Assembly (NCBI GenBank): GCA_050916045.1 | Contig: CP051526.1 | Location: forward strand, 1,600,001-1,664,000 | Length of the DNA stretch: 64,000 nucleotides | Source: Tepidisphaera sp. | Lineage (GTDB): Bacteria; Planctomycetota; Phycisphaerae; Phycisphaerales; UBA1924 | Direction of reading: 5' to 3' | Shown: positions 9,755 through 19,465 of the stretch, piece by piece | Numbering within the stretch: the stretch's first letter is position 1 | Layout: the number at the start of each line of letters is the position of its first letter | Translations under genes and position numbers: made by a program | Notes under the pieces: model-generated | Databases searched by the model: none | Seen by the model: the letters and a program-made list of their open reading frames with translations, nothing else | What the model was told of the DNA's origin: nothing

Positions 9755-10407
9755 GCAATCCCATCCGTGTGGTGATCGTGGACGACCATGCGCTGCTTCG
9801 GAGCGGGCTTCGGATGCTTGTGGACGGTCAGCACGACATGAAGGTGGTGGGGGAGGCGGGGACGCTTCACGAGGCGATCGAAGCGGTGCCGAAGCTTGCT
9901 CCGGACATCATCACGCTTGATCTTTCGATGCCCGGGGCTTCGGGAGTGGCGTCGGTCGAGCGGCTTCGGGCGGTGTCGCCTTCGAGTCGGATCGTGATCG
10001 TGACGATGCACGACGATCCGGCGTACGTGCGGACGGCGGTGGCGATGGGAGCGTCCGGGTACGTGGTGAAGAGCGCGGCGGACACGGAACTGATCGCGGC
10101 GATCCGAGCGGTTTCGCGAGGACGGGTGTTCATCGACTGCGGGAAGCAGTCGACGCTTGGCAGCGTGCTTTAGCCCAAAGCGAAGACGACGACCCCGGCG
10201 GACACGCTGAGCGAGCGCGAGCGTGAGGTACTCCAGGCGGTGGCGAATGGGTACACGAATCAGCAGATCGGGGATCGGCTGGCGCTGAGCGTGAAGACGG
10301 TGGAGTCGTATCGGGCGAGGCTGATGAAGAAGCTTGGGCTGAAGGAGCGGGCGGATCTGGTGCGGATGGCCATCGAGATGGGGCTGCTTTCGGGTGAGCG
10401 GGGTTGA
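9751..10407 (+). pseudogene. NarL/FixJ-family response regulator (REC + LuxR HTH) interrupted by an in-frame TAG at 10171-10173
   Basis: Intact REC domain (VDDH, LDLSMP, GYVVK). The same frame continues after TAG as [55 protein letters not shown] to TGA at 10405-10407. Confidence 0.85.
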
Positions 10408-10423
10408 GCGGGGGTGGTCGTGT

Positions 10424-10499
10424 AGGGGAAACCCTCGCAGGTGCCGGGGCGGAACTCCGGGTTTCCCCGCTTTGCCGGCGATCTTGCGGGGGGTAGTGT
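10424..10499 (+). promoter_or_regulatory. Two palindromic boxes plus a candidate sigma70 promoter for the 10594 gene
   Basis: AGGG-GAAA-CCCT at 10424-10435 and CGGG-TTTC-CCCG at 10458-10469, followed by TTGCCG (10472-10477), 16 bp, TAGTGT (10494-10499). Confidence 0.45.
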
Positions 10500-10593
10500 G
10501 CTTCATCGATCGGTCGTCTGCTTTGAGCGGGCCGCGGGAAGGTGTGCTTCCGGCGTGCTTGCGGGGCGGATCGGCTTCGAGGGAGGCACAGCG

Positions 10594-11814
10594 ATGCTTG
10601 GACTTCTGAAACTTGACGGGCTGACGGCGTGCGCGGCGATCGTTGCGGCGGCGGGGCTTGGCACGGTGGGGACGGCGCAGGTCACGATCTACGGCGGGCT
10701 GTCGAACTTCGACGTGCCGAACGAGACGGACGATGACTGCGATGAGTTCGAGATCGAGCTTCACGGGCCGCATCCGGAGGATGTGTACCACACGTACTGC
10801 AACCCGAACTACGGGTCTCCGACGATTACGGCGATTCCTGGTGGGACTCGGGTGACGTATGCGAGGCCGCGGCGGGCGACGCTTCCGGGGAGCATCGAGC
10901 ATTACGGGATCTCGCTTCGGAACTTCAACGCGGATCCGACGCCGTCGTACCAGTGGAAGGTGATGGGGCAGCCGGCGGGGCAGAATTCAAACCCGCTTCA
11001 GCCGCAGATCGTGACGGAAGCGGGCACCAACGGCGAGGGGGATCGGGTTCTGACGGAGACGGTGACGAATCTGGATCCGTGGAACCGTCGGATGTGGATC
11101 AAGCGGAGCGTGACGAACGTGAGCTATCAGGTGACGCTTGAGGAGCTGATGCGGAATGATCCGCTGGTGGTGAACTCCGAGGATGTCGACCTGACGCCGC
11201 GGCTGCTGCTTCCGGGGCAGTTCGTGGTGTTTGACCAGCTTGAGGTTGAAGCGGGGACGTTCAGCGCGGTGATCAACTACGAGGTGTACTGCGACAGCGT
11301 CGTGAACGGTCAGCACCGCGTGGGCTCGTACGCGGGGATGGTGATGAACTCGGTTTCGCTTTCGACGATCGACTGCCAGCAGGGGGCGCCGTGGGTCATC
11401 GATCAGCCGGCGGGCGGCGAGGCTCTGGTGTATGGGGAGGTCGAGTTCCAGATCCGGGCGGACAGCGACGGGTCGAACGGCCCGCTGAATTTCCAGTGGT
11501 TCCACGAGGGCGTGGCGATCGATGGGGCCGACGGTGACACGGTGACGCTTACGGACATCAAGCCTGCGGACGCGGGGGCGTACTGGTGTATCGTGAGCAA
11601 CGACTGTGGGCAAGTGACGAGCGACGCGGCGCACGTGACGGTGATCCGCTGCCCGGCGGACTACAACATGGACGCGTTCGTGGACTTCTTTGACTATGAC
11701 GAGTTCGTGGGCGACTTCCAGGATGGCTCGCCGCGGGCGGACTTCAACATGGACTACTTCCTTGACTTCTTTGACTACGACGACTTCGTCGGCGCGTTTG
11801 AGACCGGGTGCTAA
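10594..11814 (+). CDS. Secreted protein with an Ig-like domain and C-terminal GC-type dockerin repeats
   Basis: SD GGAGG; signal peptide ending TAQ; Ig motif FQWFHEG...DAGAYWCIVSNDCG; ends CPADYN..DFFDYD..ADFN..DFFDYDDFVGAFETGC. Confidence 0.85.
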   Translation: MLGLLKLDGLTACAAIVAAAGLGTVGTAQVTIYGGLSNFDVPNETDDDCDEFEIELHGPHPEDVYHTYCNPNYGSPTITAIPGGTRVTYARPRRATLPGSIEHYGISLRNFNADPTPSYQWKVMGQPAGQNSNPLQPQIVTEAGTNGEGDRVLTETVTNLDPWNRRMWIKRSVTNVSYQVTLEELMRNDPLVVNSEDVDLTPRLLLPGQFVVFDQLEVEAGTFSAVINYEVYCDSVVNGQHRVGSYAGMVMNSVSLSTIDCQQGAPWVIDQPAGGEALVYGEVEFQIRADSDGSNGPLNFQWFHEGVAIDGADGDTVTLTDIKPADAGAYWCIVSNDCGQVTSDAAHVTVIRCPADYNMDAFVDFFDYDEFVGDFQDGSPRADFNMDYFLDFFDYDDFVGAFETGC

Positions 11815-11884
11815 GCGGCCCTGTCGGGTCATGGGAGAGACGTGCCCGGGGCGTGAAGCTTGGGGCACGATTTTGATTTCGGGT

Positions 11885-12679
11885 TCAGCAGCCGGCTTCG
11901 TAGCTTGCGACGAAATCGTCGTAGTCGAAGAAGTCCACGAATCCGTCGTCGTTGAAGTCGGCGGTGGCTTGGGGGGGACAGGCGCCGGTTTCGAAGCAGG
12001 TGACGTACTCGTCGTAGTCGAAGAAATCGAGGAAGCCGTCGGCGTTGAAGTCCACCGGGCAGGTGAAGGCGAGCTCGGCGGTGTAGGCGCAGCCGTCGGC
12101 GAGGTTGGCGCCGGGGAAGAGGGCGATTGAGGCGCTGGCGAAGGCGACCACGCGGTACTCGCCGGGTGGCAGGATGCGGTTGATGGTGATGGGCTGCGGC
12201 GAGTCGGCGTTCAGGACGTAGGAGATCGTGCCGTCGGTGCGCTGCAGGATGAACTGGGCGTTGGAGGTGACGCCGCGGGTGAGCGCGGCATGGGCGATGA
12301 GGCGCTGCGGGGTGGCGAGGCGGAAGCCGACGAAGAACGACGAAGAGGACTGTGCCGAGCCGGGGTCGCTCCCGAGGCTGAGCCCGGCGGCGGAAGCGGC
12401 TCCGGAAGCGGTCATGTGCGACGGTGAAAGGACCGAGTGGTGCGAACCGGTCGCGGAGACCGAAGTGGTGCCGGTTGCGGCGTCGACGGTCCGCGAGGCG
12501 ACCTCGAAGTCCGAGTACGGGACCGCCGGGCTTATGGCGAAGGCCTCACGGTCGGCGAGGGTGTCGGCGGTGAGCGAAATACGCCTGAGGTCAGAGAGGT
12601 ACTGGACCTGCGCGTGGGCCAAGGAGCCGCAGGCGAGCGCCACGGTTATCGAACCCGGAATGATCCATCCACGCGTCAC
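11885..12679 (-). CDS. Secreted protein with C-terminal GC-type dockerin repeats
   Basis: Signal peptide (..SLAHAQ); ends CPVDFNADGFLDFFDYD..ADFNDDGFVDFFDYDDFVASYEAGC. GTG 12679 chosen as start because TATATT lies 6 nt upstream. Confidence 0.8.
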   Translation of the reverse strand: MTRGWIIPGSITVALACGSLAHAQVQYLSDLRRISLTADTLADREAFAISPAVPYSDFEVASRTVDAATGTTSVSATGSHHSVLSPSHMTASGAASAAGLSLGSDPGSAQSSSSFFVGFRLATPQRLIAHAALTRGVTSNAQFILQRTDGTISYVLNADSPQPITINRILPPGEYRVVAFASASIALFPGANLADGCAYTAELAFTCPVDFNADGFLDFFDYDEYVTCFETGACPPQATADFNDDGFVDFFDYDDFVASYEAGC

Positions 12680-12794
12680 GGGTCGAATATACGACAAACC
12701 CGGAGGGATGCCAGTGAATCCCGGGTGAGGAGGCGTAGATGCGGTGGTTGTGAGGGGGATCGGCGCGGGATTCGGGGAGGTGGAGCGTCCGAAG

Positions 12795-13856
12795 TCAGGA
12801 GTTGCAGGGGCTCTCGAACGCTTCGACGAAGTCGATGTAGTCGAAGAGGTCGGCGAAGCCGTCGGCGTTGAAGTCGGCGTCGGGCGTGCCGGCTTCGAAG
12901 GCTTCGATGAAGGCCATGAGGTCGTGCAGGTCGACCATGCCGTCGTTGTTGAGGTCGGTCGAGCAACGAACGATGCCCTGGGCCACGAGGGAAGCGGTGG
13001 TTCCGAGGCCCGCGTTACCGGCGGTGACGGTCAGGCTGAGGAGCAGGTTGGCGACCGAGCCGGGGGGCAGAAGGGTGGGGAGCGCGAGGGGCTGGTTCTC
13101 GACCGGCGGGATCTGGGCGATCACCTCGGGAGGGAAGGGCTGGTCGATCGCGAGGTCCCACGCGATCGTGATGGTGGGGGGCGTCGTGGTGGTGTCGAGG
13201 GAGCCGGTGAGCGGCAGGACCGCCGGGGACGCCGGGAGGTCGAAGGTCTGGGTCAGCGCGCTGGCGGAGAGGGTCACTTCGACGGGCAGGAGTGCCGCGA
13301 AGGTGAAGATGCCCGGGTTCGCGGTCGGAACCAGCACGCCGGGAACGGGCGCCGTCTGGGCAAACGTGAGCGCGGAGACCGAGGCCTGGCCCAGCGGGAT
13401 GGGCAGGCGGACGCCGCCGAAGTAGACGGAGTTGGGGGTGAGGGTTCGGAACGTTTCGTACAGCAGCCCAAGGGTGAAGGGCACGTCGAGGGATGCTCCG
13501 CCCAGGAGGTCGGCGCCGAAGGATTCGAGGGTGAAGACACCGGCGTCGGTGTCGGCGGTGAAGCGGAAGGAGCCTGTGGGGCGGGTGGAGTCTGAACCGG
13601 CGAGGGAGAGGTCGATCGCGGCGGGGATGGGCTGATTGCCGGAGCCGCCGAAGAGGCCGGGCCGGGTGCGGGTGCCGCCGGGGTTGGTGGATTCGTCGTA
13701 GTTTCCGATGAGGGTGCCTTCGGAGTCGATGACGAAATCGGTGCTCAGGGTGAGGGAGCTTTGCGGTGTGAAGGTGAAGATGAGATCCTGCGCGCGGGCG
13801 GTGGGCAGGAGGATGGCGGCGGGGAGGACGAGTGTGAGGGCGGGGTGAAGACGCAT
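12795..13856 (-). CDS. Secreted beta-rich protein with C-terminal dockerin-like repeats
   Basis: SD GGAGA; signal peptide (..TARAQ); ends CSTDLNNDGMVDLHD..ADFNADGFADLFDYIDFVEAFESPCNS. Confidence 0.82.
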   Translation of the reverse strand: MRLHPALTLVLPAAILLPTARAQDLIFTFTPQSSLTLSTDFVIDSEGTLIGNYDESTNPGGTRTRPGLFGGSGNQPIPAAIDLSLAGSDSTRPTGSFRFTADTDAGVFTLESFGADLLGGASLDVPFTLGLLYETFRTLTPNSVYFGGVRLPIPLGQASVSALTFAQTAPVPGVLVPTANPGIFTFAALLPVEVTLSASALTQTFDLPASPAVLPLTGSLDTTTTPPTITIAWDLAIDQPFPPEVIAQIPPVENQPLALPTLLPPGSVANLLLSLTVTAGNAGLGTTASLVAQGIVRCSTDLNNDGMVDLHDLMAFIEAFEAGTPDADFNADGFADLFDYIDFVEAFESPCNS

Positions 13857-14055
13857 GGGATCTCCGAATGGTTTCGCTGATGATACCGGCGGAGGGTCCG
13901 CCGCGCCAAGGGAAATTGCTTCGAGGGACGAGAGAGAATCGTGAGCGAGAGCGGCTCTGGGGGTTTTCTTGGGGGCGCGGGGTCGATACTGTTTCGGTGC
14001 GGAGCGGCGCGGCTCTGCGAGCAGCGTCCGCCTTCGCGCCGGGAATCAGGACACG

Positions 14056-16065
14056 ATGGCCACGATTTCGAACACAGCGAACCCGATCCACGACGCCGAG
14101 CAGGCGGCGAAGAAGACGCAGGGTTGGACGGTCGAAGACTCGATGAAGCTGTACGGGATCCGCGAATGGGGCATGGGATACGTGGGCGTGAACGAGCTGG
14201 GTCACGTGACGATCATGCCCGAGCGGGACCCTGCGCGGTCGATCGACCTGCACGAGGTGCTTGAGGGGCTTCGCGATCGCGAGATCTCGACGCCGGTCAT
14301 TATCCGTTTTCGCGATCTGCTGAAGCACCGGCTGACGGAGATCCGTCAGGCGTTTGACGCGGCGATCGCGGAGCACCAGTACACGGGAACGTACTGCTGC
14401 GTGTACCCGATCAAGGTGAACCAGCAGCGGCAGCTTTGCGAAGAGGTGCGTGACATCGGCAAGGAGCTCGGGTTCGGCTTGGAAGCGGGCAGCAAGCCTG
14501 AGCTTCTGGCGGTGCTTGGTCTGACCGAGGCGGCGCCGGCGATGCCGATCGTGTGCAACGGGTTCAAGGACTCGGAGTTCATCGAGACGGTGATTCTCGC
14601 GACGAAGCTTGGCCGGCACATCATCCCGGTGGTGGAGCGGTTCAGCGACCTCGAGTGGATCGTGCACCACGCGAAGAAGTACAACGTGCGTCCGCGGATC
14701 GGCGTTCGGGCCAAGCCCAGCTCGCAGGGTACAGGCCGGTGGGAGAGCTCGGGCGGCATGCGGAGCAAGTTCGGCCTGACGGTCACGGAGCTGCTCCACG
14801 CGCTCGACTATCTGAATGAGCACGGCATGGCCGACTGTCTGAAGATGATCCACTTCCACATCGGGAGCCAGATCGGCGAGATCCGGAACATCAAAGCGGC
14901 GGTCAACGAGCTTTCGCACATCTTCTGCGAGCTCAAGAAGCTCGGTGCGGGCCTGGACACGATCGACGTCGGCGGCGGGATGGGGATCGACTACGACGGG
15001 TCGATGAGCAACAGCTCTTCGAGCGTGAACTACACGGTGGCGGAGTACGCTCGCGACATCGTGTATCGCGTGAAGTCGGTGTGCGACGCGGCGGGGTTCG
15101 CGCATCCGCGGATCATCTCCGAGAGCGGGCGCGCGATGGTAGCTCACAGCTCGCTTCTCATCGTGGACGTGCTCGGGAAGACCGACTTCCCCACCGATCC
15201 GGACTTGCAGGGGTGCGAGGGGATCATGAAGAGCGAGGGGGAGAAGCCGCAGCCGGTGCTGGAGCTGATCGACGCGTGGGAAGCGCTGGCGCAGCCGCGG
15301 GTGAATCTTGTCGAGGTGTATCACGACGCGATGCAGGCCCGGGAGGAGGCGATGAGCCTGTTCAATCTCGGGTATCTGTCGCTTCCGATGCGGTCGGCGA
15401 CCGAGCGGCTGTTCTGGTCGATCGGTCGGCGGATTCATGATCTGGCGTCGTCGAAGGGGGAACTGCCGGATGACCTGCAGGAACTGCCGCAGGTGCTTTC
15501 GGACATCTACTACGTCAACTTCTCGATCTTCCAGAGTCTTCCGGACCACTGGGCGATTGATCAGCTGTTCCCGATCTGCCCGATCCACCGGCTGAACGAG
15601 AAGCCGAAGCGTCAGGGCATTCTGGCGGACATCACGTGCGACTCGGACGGTCAGGTGGACAAGTTCTGCGACAAGCGGACGGCGAGCAAGCCGACGCTTG
15701 ATCTTCACGATCTCAAGCCGGGCGTGGATCGCAAGCCGGAGCCGTACCACCTTGGGATCTTTCTGCTGGGCGCGTATCAGGAGGTGCTTGGCGACCTGCA
15801 CAACCTGTACGGGGACACGCACGTCGTGCACGTCTCGTTTGATGATTCCGACGGCGTGGGCGACTGGGACCTGGACGAGGTCGTCGAGGGCGACACGGTC
15901 AAGGAAGTGCTGAGCTATGTGCAGTACGACACCGAGGACCTGATCAAAGCGATGCGCAAGGACGTCGAGCGGGCGGTCAAGGGCGGGCTGATCAGCGTGC
16001 CCGAGGGGCAGAGCCTGCTGAAGTTCTACGACCAGGGGATGGAAGGGTACACGTACCTGGAGTAA
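14056..16065 (+). CDS. speA: Biosynthetic arginine decarboxylase
   Basis: VYPIKVNQ (PLP lysine), GLEAGSKPEL, HFHIGSQI, DVGGGMGIDYDG, DITCDSDG, GAYQEVLGDLHNL. Confidence 0.96.
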   Translation: MATISNTANPIHDAEQAAKKTQGWTVEDSMKLYGIREWGMGYVGVNELGHVTIMPERDPARSIDLHEVLEGLRDREISTPVIIRFRDLLKHRLTEIRQAFDAAIAEHQYTGTYCCVYPIKVNQQRQLCEEVRDIGKELGFGLEAGSKPELLAVLGLTEAAPAMPIVCNGFKDSEFIETVILATKLGRHIIPVVERFSDLEWIVHHAKKYNVRPRIGVRAKPSSQGTGRWESSGGMRSKFGLTVTELLHALDYLNEHGMADCLKMIHFHIGSQIGEIRNIKAAVNELSHIFCELKKLGAGLDTIDVGGGMGIDYDGSMSNSSSSVNYTVAEYARDIVYRVKSVCDAAGFAHPRIISESGRAMVAHSSLLIVDVLGKTDFPTDPDLQGCEGIMKSEGEKPQPVLELIDAWEALAQPRVNLVEVYHDAMQAREEAMSLFNLGYLSLPMRSATERLFWSIGRRIHDLASSKGELPDDLQELPQVLSDIYYVNFSIFQSLPDHWAIDQLFPICPIHRLNEKPKRQGILADITCDSDGQVDKFCDKRTASKPTLDLHDLKPGVDRKPEPYHLGIFLLGAYQEVLGDLHNLYGDTHVVHVSFDDSDGVGDWDLDEVVEGDTVKEVLSYVQYDTEDLIKAMRKDVERAVKGGLISVPEGQSLLKFYDQGMEGYTYLE

Positions 16066-16107
16066 GGCCCGGCGTTCGACGCGGGTTGGTCGTGGACGGC
16101 GCGGCCA

Positions 16108-17745
16108 TTAGACGGCGGCGGTGGAGGCTTTGCCTGCGCCGGTCTGGTCGGCGGCGCTGCGCACAAGGTCGAGCAGTTGGGCGGTCGTGAAGGGTTCGGC
16201 GAGGGTCGCGTCAGCACCTTTGGGAGCGCCGGCGCACTGTTCGGCGGTCCCGACCATGACGACGCGCGTACCGCGGGCGGCGGCGAGTTCGAGAATGTCA
16301 GGCGTGGAAGCGACGAGGGAGCAGTCGACGACGAGGACGCCGGCTTTGGGTCCGGTCCGCAGGTCGTTCTGGAGGGCTTCGGCGTCGCGGTGGGCGCGGA
16401 TGGGCATCTGCAGGGTCGAGAGTGAGGCGACCATGATCTGTCTGGGGTAGGCCTGGGTGGACGCGACGATGAGGCCAAGGCCGCTGGGCTTGCGTTTGGG
16501 CGTGACTTCGGCCGGGGCGTTTGCGGCGGGCAGGGAGATGCGAACGGTGGTGCCGTGGCCGGGTGTGGAGAGGATTTCGAGGGTGCCGCCGTGGTCGTTG
16601 ACGATGCTGCGGGCGACGGGGAGACCCAAGCCGGTGCCGTTGCCGCGGGCTTTGGTGGTGAAGAAGGGTTCGCAGGCGCGCTGGAGGAGTTCTTCGGACA
16701 TTCCTCGGCCGGTGTCGGCGACGGTGAAGATGATCCTGTCGTCCTGGCGTTCGGCGGCGAGGCGGAGCGTGCCGCCGGAGGGCATGGCGTCCTTCGCGTT
16801 GATGGCGAGATTGATGATGGCTTGCTGGATGCGGTGGCGGTCGGCGTTGAGCCAGAGGTGATCCGTGGTTTTTGGCGTTTCGAGGACGATCGAAGCGGGG
16901 AGGAGGCCTTCGATCAGCGAAGAGGTCTCGCTGAGGAGATGGGCGACGGGCGTGGGGATCTTGGGGCTGTGCTCGTTGGTGCTGAAGGTGAGGAGTGAGC
17001 GGATGACGCGGCCGGCCTGTTCGGCGGCTTGTTCGACGCGGTCGAGGGAGGCGGAAGCGGCGTGGGACTCGGGGAGGAGGCGCTTGGCGAGGGCGATGTG
17101 GCCGAAGATGGCGGTGAGGAGGTTGTTGAAGTCGTGAGCGATGCCGGTTGCGAGCTGGCCGATGGCTTCCACGCGTTGGGCGTCGAAGAGCTCGGTCTGC
17201 ATGCGTCGGGATTCGGTGATGTCGAGGCCGGTGGCGACGGTGAGCGGGGGCTTGTCGGGCCTGCGGAAGGTGGCGCACCGCCACATGACGCGGTGTTTGC
17301 GGCCCTGCTTGTCGATCCAGTCGGATTCGCAGGTCTCGCCGTCTTCCTTGTAGTCGGCGGCGAGCACGCGCGCTTTGATCCTGTCGCAATCTGCGGGTGA
17401 GAGGATCGTGTTCCAGATGGTTTTGCCGAGGACCTCTTCGGGCTGGTAGCCGGTGAGTCGGACGCAGGTGGGGTTGAACTTGACGACGCGGCCTTCGTGG
17501 TCGAGGACGACGATGAGGGCTTCGGTCAGGGTGGCGACGCGTTCCAAGAGCTGGGAGCGAGCTTCGGAACCGCTTCGGGTGAGAAGGCCGGCGCTCGGCG
17601 GGAAGTCGGTCAAGAGGTCGGTTGGGGCGGACGCGGGGCGTTTCCAGGGGCGAAAGCCGAAAGCGAGCGCGAGCGCCAGCCCGGCGGCGAGGCCTATGGC
17701 AAGGCCGAGGAGGGCAGAGGGCGTGTCCACCGCGAGCAGGGGCAT
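16108..17745 (-). CDS. PAS-domain hybrid histidine kinase with a degenerate receiver tail
   Basis: N-terminal TM, PAS/PAC, GIAHDFNNLL H-box, NLAINAKDAM, EPFFTTK, GTGLGL. Confidence 0.9.
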   Translation of the reverse strand: MPLLAVDTPSALLGLAIGLAAGLALALAFGFRPWKRPASAPTDLLTDFPPSAGLLTRSGSEARSQLLERVATLTEALIVVLDHEGRVVKFNPTCVRLTGYQPEEVLGKTIWNTILSPADCDRIKARVLAADYKEDGETCESDWIDKQGRKHRVMWRCATFRRPDKPPLTVATGLDITESRRMQTELFDAQRVEAIGQLATGIAHDFNNLLTAIFGHIALAKRLLPESHAASASLDRVEQAAEQAGRVIRSLLTFSTNEHSPKIPTPVAHLLSETSSLIEGLLPASIVLETPKTTDHLWLNADRHRIQQAIINLAINAKDAMPSGGTLRLAAERQDDRIIFTVADTGRGMSEELLQRACEPFFTTKARGNGTGLGLPVARSIVNDHGGTLEILSTPGHGTTVRISLPAANAPAEVTPKRKPSGLGLIVASTQAYPRQIMVASLSTLQMPIRAHRDAEALQNDLRTGPKAGVLVVDCSLVASTPDILELAAARGTRVVMVGTAEQCAGAPKGADATLAEPFTTAQLLDLVRSAADQTGAGKASTAAV

Positions 17746-17815
17746 CATGGCATGGTAACGGCGATCGGGGAGGGATCCAAGCCGGGGCGTACACCCTACG
17801 GGGCGGTTCGGCGCC

Positions 17816-19357
17816 TCAGACCTTGGGGGAAGAGTCGCCGAGGGCGGCGATGGCTTGGCCGTACTGGGCGCGGAGGGGCCCGACGACGTCCTTGAGGAAG
17901 CGTTCGGTCTGTTCGACGGAGCGGCCGATGTACTTCATGGGGTCCATGAGGCCTTCCCAGTTGAGCTCGGCGGAGAGGGGGCCGCCGCGGGCTTTGCTGG
18001 CGAAGTTGGTGTCGGCTTGGAGGCGGGAGAGGAGGTCGTTGTCGGCGCCCTCGTTCTTGACGCGGAAGCCGGCGGCTTGGGCGTGCTCGCGGATGACCTC
18101 GTGGTAGTGCTGGCGGTCGCCGCCGAGCTTGACGCATTCCATGAGGAGGTTTTCGGTCGCCATGAAGGGGAGCTCGGCCATGAGGTTCTTGCGGACCATG
18201 GCTTCGTGGACGATGAGGCCGCTAGCGACGTTGTGCATCAGGTCGAGGGCGCCGTCGAGGGCGAGGAAGGCTTCGGGGAGGGAGAGGCGGCGATTACTGG
18301 AGTCGTCGAGGGTGCGTTCGAGCCACTGGGTGGCGGCTGTGTCGTAGGCGTTGCCGACGAGGTTCATGACAAAGCGGGTGAGGCCGCAGATGCGCTCACA
18401 GCGCATGGGGTTGCGCTTGTAGGGCATGGCGGAAGAGCCGATCTGCTTGTCTTCGAAGGGCTCGTCGAGCTCTTTGCGGTTGCTGAGCAGGCGGATGTCG
18501 GTGGCGATTTTGTGGAGGACGGAAGCGGCGCTGGCGAGGTCGGCGAGGATGAAGGTGTCGATGACGCGGGGGTAGGTCTGGCCGGTGAGTTCGTGCACGA
18601 ACAATCGAAAATCCTGCCGTTCCCGCGAGGCGTGGAGGTATTTGAAGTCCAACCACTCGTTGGTGACATTCTCAATGAAGCTGTGCTCAAGATCGTCGAC
18701 TTTCGAAGCATCGCCACCAAAGAGTGAAAGAAAGCTGGCTTGTGTTCCGGTCGCTCCCCGAAGTCCTCTCAGCGATTTCGCAGCGATCAGGCTCTTCATG
18801 AGCCGTTCAAAGCAAAGTGAGAGGTCGTACGCCCAGCCTGCAATGCGACGCCCCACCGTGACCGGCTGCGCCGGCTGATAGTGAGTAAACCCGAGTGTCG
18901 GCAGCGATTTCCACTGGAGCGACTGAATGGCAAGAGACTCACCCGCTCGACCAAGCTTGGCAGCGATCAACTCGATTGCCTGTCGCAGCACCGTCAAATC
19001 CGCATTGCACACCACATCCTGACTCGTCATCCCAAGATGGATGATCCCCTTGGCCTTCGGGCAGCGGTCGCCCCAGGCGTGGACGTGGGCCATGACGTCG
19101 TGGCGGAGCTTGCGTTCGTAGTCGGAAGCGAGGGCCATGTCGGCGTCGGTGACGTCGAGGTTGGCTCGGAGTTCTTCGACCTGCTCTTTGGTGACGGGGA
19201 GGCCGAGTTCGTGCTGGGCTTCGGCGACGGCGAGCCAGATTCGACGCCAGGTCTGGAACTTGTGGCGCGGCGACCACAAGCGGAGCATCTCCTTGGAAGC
19301 GTTGCGTTCGGCGAGGGGGGAGGTGTAGGTGTCGAACTTCGACGTGGGGGTGGACAT
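17816..19357 (-). CDS. purB: Adenylosuccinate lyase
   Basis: RHDVMAHVH, IIHLGMTSQ, GFTHYQPAQ, GATGTQAS, QIGSSAMPYKRNPMRCE signature. Confidence 0.96.
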   Translation of the reverse strand: MSTPTSKFDTYTSPLAERNASKEMLRLWSPRHKFQTWRRIWLAVAEAQHELGLPVTKEQVEELRANLDVTDADMALASDYERKLRHDVMAHVHAWGDRCPKAKGIIHLGMTSQDVVCNADLTVLRQAIELIAAKLGRAGESLAIQSLQWKSLPTLGFTHYQPAQPVTVGRRIAGWAYDLSLCFERLMKSLIAAKSLRGLRGATGTQASFLSLFGGDASKVDDLEHSFIENVTNEWLDFKYLHASRERQDFRLFVHELTGQTYPRVIDTFILADLASAASVLHKIATDIRLLSNRKELDEPFEDKQIGSSAMPYKRNPMRCERICGLTRFVMNLVGNAYDTAATQWLERTLDDSSNRRLSLPEAFLALDGALDLMHNVASGLIVHEAMVRKNLMAELPFMATENLLMECVKLGGDRQHYHEVIREHAQAAGFRVKNEGADNDLLSRLQADTNFASKARGGPLSAELNWEGLMDPMKYIGRSVEQTERFLKDVVGPLRAQYGQAIAALGDSSPKV

Positions 19358-19375
19358 GCCCGGAGGGTAGGGTTT

Positions 19376-19401
19376 TTCAGAGCCCGACGCGCAAGCGAGG
19401 G
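19376..19401 (-). repeat. Inverted copy of the array core (REP-like)
   Basis: TTCAGAGCCCGACGCGCAAGCGAGGG is the reverse complement of CCCTCGCT(T)GCGCGTCGGGCTCTGAA. Confidence 0.9.
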
Positions 19402-19465
19402 AGAGGCGGAGACGCGTCCTCGAGTTTCGAGGGACTTGGGCGGTACGGAGGGTGGCAGACCGGGT

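Noticed and set aside
10171..10173. Pyrrolysine or genome-wide TAG recoding
   Set aside because: TAG ends ispE and the transposase at expected positions; no pyl genes are in the window; the site is a variable linker
11841..11879. Intrinsic terminator between the convergent dockerin genes
   Set aside because: Only a 7-bp stem with a 15-nt loop and an interrupted T-tract; too weak to call
11650..12965. Diversity-generating retroelement template/variable repeat pair among the dockerin tails
   Set aside because: Similarity is at the protein-motif level, differences are not adenine-specific, and no reverse transcriptase is present
13015..15831. Long antisense ORFs (also 7027-8835, 9100-10902, 53938-56319, 61567-63594)
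   Set aside because: Shadow frames of high-GC genes, Arg/Pro/His-rich and without recognisable motifs
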